This document shows positions 28,197 through 36,110 of a DNA stretch of 64,000 nt, one piece after another (the stretch's first letter is position 1; each line of letters starts with the position of its first letter). A model generated the notes under the pieces. That model did no database searches, was not told the DNA's origin, and saw only the letters and a list, made by a program, of their open reading frames with translations. The DNA comes from an uncultured Eubacteriales bacterium (lineage in GTDB: Bacteria; Bacillota; Clostridia; Oscillospirales; CAG-272). The stretch covers positions 331-64,330 of the forward strand of contig URDX01000007.1 of NCBI GenBank assembly GCA_900546695.1, in the 5' to 3' direction. A program made the translations under genes and the position numbers.

Positions 28197-29978
28197 CTAT
28201 TTCACATAGTTTTCCGCCTGCTTTGTAAACATCTCATAGTACTCGCCGCGGCGCGACATAAGCTCATCGTGCGAGCCCGTTTCGACGATGCTGCCGTTGT
28301 CGACAACGACTATGCGGTCCGCATCGCGGACGGTCGACAGCCTATGCGCGACCATAACGGTCGTAGTCCGATTTGCCGTGCTCATTATCAGCTTCATCAT
28401 GTTATATTCCGCGATGGGATCGAGCGCGGACGACGGTTCGTCAAGGATGAGCAAGCCGAAATCGCCCGATATGATACGCGAAAGTGCAATCTTCTGCGCC
28501 TCTCCGCCCGACACCATGATGCCCTTTTCGTCGAATTCGCGTGTCATCTCGACGTCGGCGGTGCCGTCACCCTTTTCAAGGATACCGTTCAGCCCCATTT
28601 TGGAAACGATATCGTCGACCTCTTCTCTCGAAAGATCGCCGTACATGGTTATATTGTCGATGAACGGCAGAGCGTACACATTGGCATCCTGAAAGGCAAC
28701 GCCTATCTTCCTTCTCAGCTCCAACAGATCATATTCCTTAACGGAAACTCCGTTGTACAGTATCTCTCCGCCGTTTACGTCGTACAGACGCAGAAGAAGC
28801 TTTACAAGCGTCGTTTTTCCGACGCCGTTTGCGCCGACAATCGCGACCTTCTCACCCGGCTTTATGTCAAGGCAGACCTTTGACAGTCTGAACTGCGAGT
28901 TATCATAGGAAAAATCAACGTCTCTTAAGCTGACCGAAAACGGACCGTCGGTCGGCACGGTCAGGCGCTTTTCGTCATGCGGCTCGATATCGGAGTGCAT
29001 TTCAAAAAAGGCTTTTATCTTATCGGCGTTGAGCGAGATTATCTTTGCATTCGACAGAAGCGAAATAAACTCGCTCAGCTTTGAATCAAGACGATAGAAA
29101 GCAAGTATCATCGTGATATACAGTCCGACCTCGGGAATATCGCCGTTGATTATGCTCGTTATAAGATAAACGATTATCACAAACTCCGTTATCGCCAGAA
29201 CAGCTTCCCTTACCAGTCCCAAAAGCAGTACTCTTTTTGCATATTTGTAGGTCACCTCGACCTTCGCTTCTCCGCTTCTGTCATACTCGCGAAACAGCTT
29301 GCGCGGCAGCGATGTCACCTTCAAATCGGCTGCATATTGCTTTAAATAAAAGGCGCGATGGAAATAGCCTATCTTTCGGTCTACGGGCATCAGCTCGTTT
29401 TTCTGACTGATGGAGAGCTTGTTGCTGTATTCGTTCAGAATCGCCTGAAGTATCAGCTGAACCGATTCGATAAGCAGTATCCACGGACCGATAGTCGCGA
29501 TTATGGTAAGCAGCACCGATGCGGAAAACAGATATTGAAAAAATCTGCTTATAAAATCCCGCGCTGCGTTGGTCTGACTCGTATATTCGTTTACCGCCCA
29601 TGTAAATTTGTCATAGTATTCGGGATTGTCTATGTATTTGTAATCCGTCTCGATAGCCTTCCGATAGATCTCCTTGTTCATGAGCAGGTTTATCCGAGTC
29701 TGCTTTTTCTGAAAAAACGGGTAGAAAAAGCTCGGGAACATGTGCGTCAAAAACGATATGCCGCAAACGACCGATACAAACGCCAGCATATAGCCGAGTG
29801 ACCTGCCGTCTATCAACAGATCGACCACCCGCTCGGGCAGATATACATAAATTATGTCTCCGACGGGAAACAGAATGAACGATACGACTATAGACAGAAT
29901 AAAATAGACTTTTCCGTACTTCAGATACGGCTTGCACAGCCACAGTATGTTTTTTATGTCATTGGATATGCGCTTCAT
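28197..29978 (-). CDS. ABC exporter, fused permease/ATPase (593 aa)
   Basis: TMD plus an NBD with GANGVGKTT, VSGGEAQK and LLILDEPSSALD. Confidence 0.9.
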   Translation of the reverse strand: MKRISNDIKNILWLCKPYLKYGKVYFILSIVVSFILFPVGDIIYVYLPERVVDLLIDGRSLGYMLAFVSVVCGISFLTHMFPSFFYPFFQKKQTRINLLMNKEIYRKAIETDYKYIDNPEYYDKFTWAVNEYTSQTNAARDFISRFFQYLFSASVLLTIIATIGPWILLIESVQLILQAILNEYSNKLSISQKNELMPVDRKIGYFHRAFYLKQYAADLKVTSLPRKLFREYDRSGEAKVEVTYKYAKRVLLLGLVREAVLAITEFVIIVYLITSIINGDIPEVGLYITMILAFYRLDSKLSEFISLLSNAKIISLNADKIKAFFEMHSDIEPHDEKRLTVPTDGPFSVSLRDVDFSYDNSQFRLSKVCLDIKPGEKVAIVGANGVGKTTLVKLLLRLYDVNGGEILYNGVSVKEYDLLELRRKIGVAFQDANVYALPFIDNITMYGDLSREEVDDIVSKMGLNGILEKGDGTADVEMTREFDEKGIMVSGGEAQKIALSRIISGDFGLLILDEPSSALDPIAEYNMMKLIMSTANRTTTVMVAHRLSTVRDADRIVVVDNGSIVETGSHDELMSRRGEYYEMFTKQAENYVK

Positions 29979-30110
29979 GACAAATCCCCTTTCCGATCAA
30001 TACACATGCATTTTCGCTGCTCGTATATCTTAATTCAAAACACAAGCAACTTTGGGCAAGTTTCCTGCATGTGTCAAACAGATTACTTATTTTATCATGT
30101 GATTGAATAC

Positions 30111-30184
30111 TCGCTGCAGCTCGGGTCTGCATTGCTGCGAAAGATACGAAGATGTGAAGGATATGAAAGAAAAGACAGACCCTG
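30111..30184 (-). repeat. conserved ~75-nt spacer upstream of an ABC gene (second copy at 39307-39388)
   Basis: tcgctgcagctcgggtctgcattgctgcgaaagatacgaagatgtgaaggatatgaaagaaaagacagaccct is shared almost exactly with 39307-39388. That copy has an extra gaaggatat. Confidence 0.6.
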
Positions 30185-30285
30185 CAGTCCGCCTTTTCAA
30201 ATGAATTCCGATAACTATCCTTCGCGCCGAGCACTGTTTTTACCCTTGCATTCTGCCCAAGGTATACCCGGCACTTCCGAGATTG

Positions 30286-30696
30286 TTATTCTTTAGCTTC
30301 CCGCTCGCGCGCATCCTCGTCATACTGCGCCTCGTTCGCCTCAGCCTCGCGCGCATCTCTGTCGTACTTCGCCTCGTTCGCTTCTACCTCGCGGGCATCC
30401 TCGTCGTACTGTGCCTCGTTTGCCTCAGCCTCGCGGGCATCCTCGTCGTACTGCACTTCGTTTGCCTCGGCCTCGCGGGCATCCTCGTCGTACTGCGCTT
30501 CGTTCGCCTCAACCTCGCGCGCATCTCTGTCGTACTGCACCTCATTTGCCTCAGCCTCGCGCGCATCTCTGTCGTACTGCGCTTCGTTTGCTTCTGCCTT
30601 GCGGGCATCCTCGTCGTACTGCGCTTCGTTTGCCTCGGCCTCGCGGGCGTATCTCTCGTACAACTCTTTCTTTTTTTCCGCCGTATGCATATCCAT
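30286..30696 (-). CDS. acidic tandem-repeat protein (136 aa; about eight 14-aa DAREAEANEAQYDE repeats)
   Basis: SD aggagg lies 8 nt upstream. The sequence starts MDMHTAEKKKELYERYAREAEANEAQYDEDARKAEANEAQYDRDAREAEANEVQYDRD... It has no signal peptide or TM segment. Confidence 0.65.
   Translation of the reverse strand: MDMHTAEKKKELYERYAREAEANEAQYDEDARKAEANEAQYDRDAREAEANEVQYDRDAREVEANEAQYDEDAREAEANEVQYDEDAREAEANEAQYDEDAREVEANEAKYDRDAREAEANEAQYDEDAREREAKE
30303..30645. repeat. 42-bp tandem repeat (about 8 units) inside the acidic-protein gene
   Basis: The plus-strand unit is ctcgcgcgcatcctcgtcatactgcgcctcgttcgcctcagc, with point variants. Confidence 0.8.
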
Positions 30697-30902
30697 AACA
30701 GTACCTCCTGTTTTTACCGACCGATATTCGGCTCGATATTTTTAATACGATTTTCGGCAAGGTTCTGCTGCGAGATGTTCAAACGTCACCTCGCAGCAGT
30801 TACGAATCGACGCCGATCAAGTTATACCATGCCGTTCCCGCTGTCTGCACACAGTCAAAAACGACCTCGGTATGCCGTCTCTCCGCATAAAATCCGCCAG
30901 GT

Positions 30903-31138
30903 TGATTATAGCACAACTTTGTATCTTTGTGTCAATCTTGACGCAAAACATATCAATTTTGTCCTGAAATGCATCTTTTTGTCAATGATAGAAAATTGCG
31001 TGTTTTTTCGCAGGATTTTCACACTATTTTACGGAAATTTTTGCGCGGATGCACAAGGAGAATTCCGTCTTTAAATTCCCGTCCCCGCCGCGAAAAGCGC
31101 CCGCGCAGAAAAGACAGCCTCTGCAGTCTGCCTTTTCA
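30903..31138 (-). repeat. ~235-bp cassette-junction module, copy 2
   Basis: The hairpin lies at 31108-31136. On the minus strand, TTGACA (30935-30930), a 19-nt spacer, then extended -10 TGcTATAAT (30910-30905) point at the acidic repeat-protein gene. Confidence 0.7.
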
Positions 31139-31243
31139 AACTAATTATGATAACTATCCTCCGCACCGATCACAATTTTTTCGAATCGCACATACACACT
31201 TTCTTCTGTATCTACCGATACACAAATCTATATTTTCGTTGAT

Positions 31244-32242
31244 TTAATACGATTCCCGTGCCGATATCATGTCGACGGTATCCGAAAGTATCCCTCCTTC
31301 AAGGTCGCGCATGATACGTATCTTGTCTATCATATCCGAAAGGTCCGAAGCGTTTAATGTTATAGCATAATGCAAACACCGATTCCACATTTTTTCTGCC
31401 GCAGCCGTCACCTGCTTGTAGCGCGTACTGTAATCTGCTTCAAGTCCATAATAACGCTCAAGCGTTTCAAGCCGTTCAAGCATAAATTGCTTATGTTCAA
31501 GCAACATCTTAAATGGTCGGATATCAACATCCTGTGACTCATCGAGTTTTGCAAACGTCTCAATATATCGAATGGCGCATTCATGCGCCTCTATACCGTA
31601 CACCGTAACTCCACGCTCGTCATAGTGCCACGCCGATGTCAGCAAAAGATGGTCACGTAGCTTTTCAAGAATCAGCATCGGGTTAAGTTCAAACTGTACC
31701 GACTGTGGCCGAACAGCCGCAAGCGTGCCGCAACACCCCATCCGCTCGGATGACTTTCTCGCCTTGTCAAAGCATAGCTGCGGCATTTCAAACAATGAAT
31801 ATCTCATACGCTCATCATACACAAAAATGCTGTATGTATTCTTTTCGAAGTCATACCCACAGATAAGACCGTCGTGTAGATAATGGCACATATGATATCC
31901 GGCCCTGCCCTTCATGTAATAATCATCCACTCCGCCGAAATAAACATACCACCCACGATCTATCATATTACGTATCACACGGCTGATACACCCGTCAAGG
32001 AAAGTCATAAGCAGCTGCTGACGGTCTATGTATGGATTATCTTCTATATTCGATTGACAGACATCCATGCGCAGCCTCGGCTGATCCCCCGCGAAACTCT
32101 CCGCCCGCGCCGATAAAACGAGTGAATTGTTTAAATACCAATTTCGCATACTCGGATTATTGTAAAGAATCGCTCCTATCGTACCCTGAGAATGTGATAC
32201 ACTGTAAAACGGCTTTGTTATCGGCAAACTGTTACTCTTCAT
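31244..32242 (-). CDS. hypothetical protein, 332 aa; last gene of the RiPP-like operon and paralog of 15100..16101
   Basis: Same orientation as the radical SAM genes, 158 nt downstream of them. It is followed by the module-2 terminator. Confidence 0.7.
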   Translation of the reverse strand: MKSNSLPITKPFYSVSHSQGTIGAILYNNPSMRNWYLNNSLVLSARAESFAGDQPRLRMDVCQSNIEDNPYIDRQQLLMTFLDGCISRVIRNMIDRGWYVYFGGVDDYYMKGRAGYHMCHYLHDGLICGYDFEKNTYSIFVYDERMRYSLFEMPQLCFDKARKSSERMGCCGTLAAVRPQSVQFELNPMLILEKLRDHLLLTSAWHYDERGVTVYGIEAHECAIRYIETFAKLDESQDVDIRPFKMLLEHKQFMLERLETLERYYGLEADYSTRYKQVTAAAEKMWNRCLHYAITLNASDLSDMIDKIRIMRDLEGGILSDTVDMISARESY

Positions 32243-32400
32243 TTTGTCAACTCACTTTCGTTCTTTCCATCACTTATGCAGGTAAACCCGGAATGCAAAA
32301 AAATATTCGTCTCGCGCAGATTAAAGCCACTTTCAATCTGCCTATTTGATTAATCTGTTCCAATCGGGAAAGGAATTCAAATTCTTTTCTTGATAAATGA

Positions 32401-33666
32401 CTAACGATCATCAACCATCTCCAGCATTGCATAACAAGGCTCAAAACATTTTTGACATTGTCTGATTTTAATATATTTTTTTGTGGACTCTATTATTTGA
32501 TCATTATGAAAATTTCCATGAATATGTTCATAGAGTGCATTGCTTCCCTCAACAGAGCACATCTCTTCAGGCAAAAAATGGCATGCGCGTATTTTGCCAC
32601 TGCTGGATATAACCATTGTCTCTATCCCAGACCCACATGACAAGCCTCCATTGTAAATATGTTTTTTCAAGTCGTCTTTTTTTCTCTTATATCCGTGTAA
32701 TTTCGAGGAATATGAAATTTGAATATCCAACTCATCCTTGTTTTCTCGACGCAATCTAGAAATTTCGGAAATCGCCATCTTAATTTTTTCTTTTAAAGCA
32801 TTGTTTTGATATATAGCTTCGGCTCGTCCGTAATTATCTGCAAACCCTATGATCAATCGATCTGGGTGTAACCTCTTAGCGGTATCTACAAATTCATCAA
32901 TACGATCAATTGTTGATTCACTTAACGTTAATGACAAATGTACCGAAATACCGATTTCTCGAGCAAAATCGATTGACCTCTCCAAGTTAGAATAACCATT
33001 AGCAGCCCCTGTCATTCTTTTGTATTCATTATCGTCCACCCCATACAATGAGAATTGAATTAAATACAATTTACTCAAAGACGAGGAATGAATACGGAAT
33101 TTCCACAATCGGCTCCCATTTGTAATCATTGTGAGGCGAGGTACTTTATCGGCATAAATGTCAATATACTCAATCAAATGATTGTGTAATGTTGGCTCTC
33201 CTCCGGTAAATGTCACATGTTCAACTTTGGTATCAATAACACCTATTATTTTCTCCATATCACCATCGGATATATACTTTCCCGTTGTAACCGCGGATTT
33301 ATAGCAAAAAGGGCAACGGTAATTGCAAGCTGATGTCAGTTCTATTGCAATTTGTTTCGGATAATATAATCCTTTTTCGCCCCAAAAAGTAATATTTTTA
33401 TGACTACGGCACCCCTTTGTCATAAGAACTCCGCTTTGAACAAGCCTTTTTATTCTATTCTCAACATTTTCTTCGCATTTTGTCGGTTGTGCTTGCGTCA
33501 AGCAATTTGCAATCGTGCGATTTCCATCACATAGCAGCAATATACTTATATCATCCCGATCTAGATATGCTATTGATTCGCCATAATAATCTGCTATACA
33601 ACCATCTCCGAAATAATATAGTTTTACGTTATCCCTCACTCCTATATAATAATCATAATTAACCAT
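32401..33666 (-). CDS. radical SAM peptide-modifying enzyme with an N-terminal RRE/PqqD-like domain and a reduced SPASM/twitch C-terminus (421 aa)
   Basis: The CX3CX2C motif is ACNYRCPFC at about residue 114. The N-terminus (DDISILLLCDGNRTIANC..RIKRLVQSGVL) is PqqD-like. C-terminal cysteines are SCGSG..GKIRACHF..CQKCFEPC. The gene overlaps the upstream rSAM gene by 8 nt. Confidence 0.85.
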   Translation of the reverse strand: MVNYDYYIGVRDNVKLYYFGDGCIADYYGESIAYLDRDDISILLLCDGNRTIANCLTQAQPTKCEENVENRIKRLVQSGVLMTKGCRSHKNITFWGEKGLYYPKQIAIELTSACNYRCPFCYKSAVTTGKYISDGDMEKIIGVIDTKVEHVTFTGGEPTLHNHLIEYIDIYADKVPRLTMITNGSRLWKFRIHSSSLSKLYLIQFSLYGVDDNEYKRMTGAANGYSNLERSIDFAREIGISVHLSLTLSESTIDRIDEFVDTAKRLHPDRLIIGFADNYGRAEAIYQNNALKEKIKMAISEISRLRRENKDELDIQISYSSKLHGYKRKKDDLKKHIYNGGLSCGSGIETMVISSSGKIRACHFLPEEMCSVEGSNALYEHIHGNFHNDQIIESTKKYIKIRQCQKCFEPCYAMLEMVDDR

Positions 33667-35080
33667 ATGATTCGTGATATTTCTCCTTTATTGAAATTTC
33701 TTTCGCTAATCTTGCGTATAAATTGTCATCGTATGTTTGCATATTCAAGCATAAAACTAATGAAATATTGATAATACTCCTCTGTAATTCACAAAATTCA
33801 TTGTCAGGGTGAGTTATGTCACCATTTTTCATTAGTGAATTATAATAACAATCCCCTCCGCACAAATATCTTATATCGCAATCTTTACATTGTTCGATGC
33901 TGTCAACGGTTATACCTTCAAAAAATTTAAGATTAACTTTCTTTGATGCCAAATCACCAATTATAAAGTCTGAATATCCGACAAGACTATCACATGGATA
34001 AATAGTCCCATCCGGGCAAATTGTCATTTTATTGATTCCTGCATTGCACCTTTGCCAAACTAGACTTCCAAGAATAATTCTCTTAATCAATTGTCCAAAT
34101 TGATCATTATCATTAATAATCATTCTGAGGAAGGTTAAATCTTTCTCCTTAAATGTTGCCAGTAAAAACTTTGATAATTTTTTATACTCACAAACAATTT
34201 TCTCAATACAATATTCTCCTTTGCTACGCACTAGACGTATCTGCACACTTTTAAATCCTAAACTATACAAATGATTAATTATACTAACAAAATCACAATT
34301 TTCGTTTGTTGCTGCACACAAGCCCCATATATGTTTAAATTTTTTGCTAACATTTTTATTACTTTGTATAAGCTTTATCCCCTTAACCACAGTGTCATAC
34401 GTACCTCTCCCATCAGCAAATACTCTGTTAGAATCATTATCGTCTTTTTCACCATCAAGGCTTATACCTATAGACACATTATGAGCACTTAAATATTCGA
34501 TTATTTCGTCAGTTAAAAGCGAGGCATTTGTACACAACCATATGGATATATTTTTCCCGGTTTGAGCACTAATGCTCTCACAATATTCAATAGTTTCTCT
34601 GATGATTGGGAAGCCCAACAACGGTTCGCCACCGCTCACAAAATCTATTCTGTATTGTTTCGCGTTCGGAAAAAAGTCATAAAAAAAGCAAGACAACATT
34701 TTCAACAAATTTTCTTTAGTAAATGCCCTTTCAACGCCGCCAAAGCAATCACCATGATTTCCAAAGCAATATCTACACCTAAAGTTACAACTATACACAG
34801 GGGCAAATGACAAATATGCAACGTCATTTTGAAAAATATTTTTCTTGACAATAGTATAATATTTTCGAGAAATCATACCGCAACATATTAATTCTTCAAT
34901 ATATTCATTTTCCTCATCATTCAATACTTGCCCATAAAGATATTTTTTTATTATAAAATATATTCTTTTAGTCAGTTGTACAAGCGCCCCATTTGTCAAA
35001 TTATACATATAGAAATCTTGATTATAAGAAAACAAATAATAGTTGTCTTTTAAATCATCGTTATTATTAATATACTCCAT
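33659..35080 (-). CDS. radical SAM/SPASM peptide maturase (473 aa)
   Basis: Start trimmed to the ATG at 35080 (MEYINNNDDL), with SD aggtga. The CX3CX2C motif is SCNFRCRYC at about residue 98. GGEPLL is present. The SPASM region is CNAGINKMTICPDGTIYPCD and CKDCDIRYLCGGDC. Confidence 0.85.
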   Translation of the reverse strand: MEYINNNDDLKDNYYLFSYNQDFYMYNLTNGALVQLTKRIYFIIKKYLYGQVLNDEENEYIEELICCGMISRKYYTIVKKNIFQNDVAYLSFAPVYSCNFRCRYCFGNHGDCFGGVERAFTKENLLKMLSCFFYDFFPNAKQYRIDFVSGGEPLLGFPIIRETIEYCESISAQTGKNISIWLCTNASLLTDEIIEYLSAHNVSIGISLDGEKDDNDSNRVFADGRGTYDTVVKGIKLIQSNKNVSKKFKHIWGLCAATNENCDFVSIINHLYSLGFKSVQIRLVRSKGEYCIEKIVCEYKKLSKFLLATFKEKDLTFLRMIINDNDQFGQLIKRIILGSLVWQRCNAGINKMTICPDGTIYPCDSLVGYSDFIIGDLASKKVNLKFFEGITVDSIEQCKDCDIRYLCGGDCYYNSLMKNGDITHPDNEFCELQRSIINISLVLCLNMQTYDDNLYARLAKEISIKEKYHESYG

Positions 35081-35381
35081 TTTGACCGTCACCTGCCTTA
35101 TTATCGACGATTCGTTTTGAATCCAACAGATAATCATATAGGTCTTGGATAGTGTTGATTTCAATATCGAATTCAAAAGTAATATCATACAATTCTTCTA
35201 CTCGAACAATCAATTCAACAAAATCTATGGAAGACAAATCCAAACTATCCGTGCCAACTCCATAGCCAAGATGAGTATTAAGAGTAATTGGCATCCATAA
35301 ATTATCCACTTCAAATATTTTCTTTAATATTGACTCAATATCAATTAAAAAATCCTCAACCTGAACCACGTTATTATCCAT
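35067..35381 (-). CDS. acyl carrier protein-related protein (104 aa)
   Basis: SD aaggtggag. The sequence LGYGVGTDSLDLSSIDFVELIVRVEELYDITFEFDI resembles ACP helix II. The gene overlaps the rSAM start by 14 nt. Confidence 0.7.
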   Translation of the reverse strand: MDNNVVQVEDFLIDIESILKKIFEVDNLWMPITLNTHLGYGVGTDSLDLSSIDFVELIVRVEELYDITFEFDIEINTIQDLYDYLLDSKRIVDNKAGDGQNGVY

Positions 35382-35465
35382 TGCTCCACCTTTATTTTAT
35401 ATACTTCATAAACCCATACTGTTCATCCGGATATGAAAAAATTGTTTAATATTAACATTAGTAAT

Positions 35466-35524
35466 ATTCCCCCTTCAAATTAAGAGAATAATATGTACTC
35501 AACTTTAATTTTTGAAGGGGGAAT
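35466..35524 (-). promoter_or_regulatory. strong stem-loop between the precursor-peptide gene and the ACP-like gene
   Basis: A 14-bp stem, attcccccttcaaa (35466-35479) with tttgaagggggaat (35511-35524), encloses a 31-nt loop. No T-run follows, so it is not a canonical terminator. Confidence 0.6.
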
Positions 35525-35578
35525 GTCAGCGAACATGGAATCAGTCATTAATAACATTTGACTGTTTATTCATTCCCG

Positions 35579-35695
35579 TTAGCATTTCTTATACCCGGCT
35601 GCATGCTTCGTACTCCCGGCGCAACAACAATGTGCAACAATCACAATTTCCTTAAGAAGTTTCTTGGAAATCGGTCTGCCCTTTTTGGTCTTCAT
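35579..35695 (-). CDS. candidate RiPP precursor peptide, 38 aa, Cys-rich
   Basis: Not in the track because it is under 60 aa. The SD is aaaggaggt, 7 nt upstream of the ATG (35695). Translation gives MKTKKGRPISKKLLKEIVIVAHCCCAGSTKHAAGYKKC*. It lies between the peptidase-like and ACP-like/rSAM genes in the same orientation. Confidence 0.7.
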   Translation of the reverse strand: MKTKKGRPISKKLLKEIVIVAHCCCAGSTKHAAGYKKC

Positions 35696-35814
35696 ACTCT
35701 AAACCTCCTTTCGTAACCTTTTATGTCAATCGATTTCCTGCCTTTTAAGGTTAAACCGATATAACACGCCAATCTGTAACAAATTTACACAACTGTATCC
35801 GGAGAATTTTAATA

Positions 35815-36084
35815 TTACTCAATTACTCTTCCGATAATTTTATCTACACGAACAGCAAAGCTATCCGGTTCGAGACAATTGTCGCCCTTTGTTTTTATAA
35901 ATGAATAACCATTTCTTGTGTTAATCACCTTAATGATTCGATGACAAATAATCAATTCACCGACTTTAAATACAACAATATCATCCGGATACACTTTCCC
36001 GTCTTTTACAGCTTCCACTTTATACATGTTGCCATTCTGCAGCGTTGGCAGCATGCTATCCCCTTTCGCAATGATATACACCAC
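35815..36084 (-). CDS. minimal TM-less S26B (SipW/ER-type) signal-peptidase-like protein (89 aa)
   Basis: The boxes GDSMLPT, ELIICHRII and TKGDNCLEPD match the remembered Ser/His-type signal peptidase motifs (SGSMxP, xHR, TKGDNNxxxD). GTG start with SD gaggga. There is no hydrophobic segment. Confidence 0.7.
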   Translation of the reverse strand: MVYIIAKGDSMLPTLQNGNMYKVEAVKDGKVYPDDIVVFKVGELIICHRIIKVINTRNGYSFIKTKGDNCLEPDSFAVRVDKIIGRVIE

Positions 36085-36110
36085 TATCCCTCACATTTCG
36101 CAAAAATGGA

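Noticed and set aside
30283-31074. 263-aa Leu/Val/Arg-rich repeat ORF on the + strand
   Set aside because: It is the antisense frame of the 42-bp tandem repeat. It has no SD and extends through the leader and promoter of the minus-strand gene, which has a strong SD and a homolog in the sister cassette.
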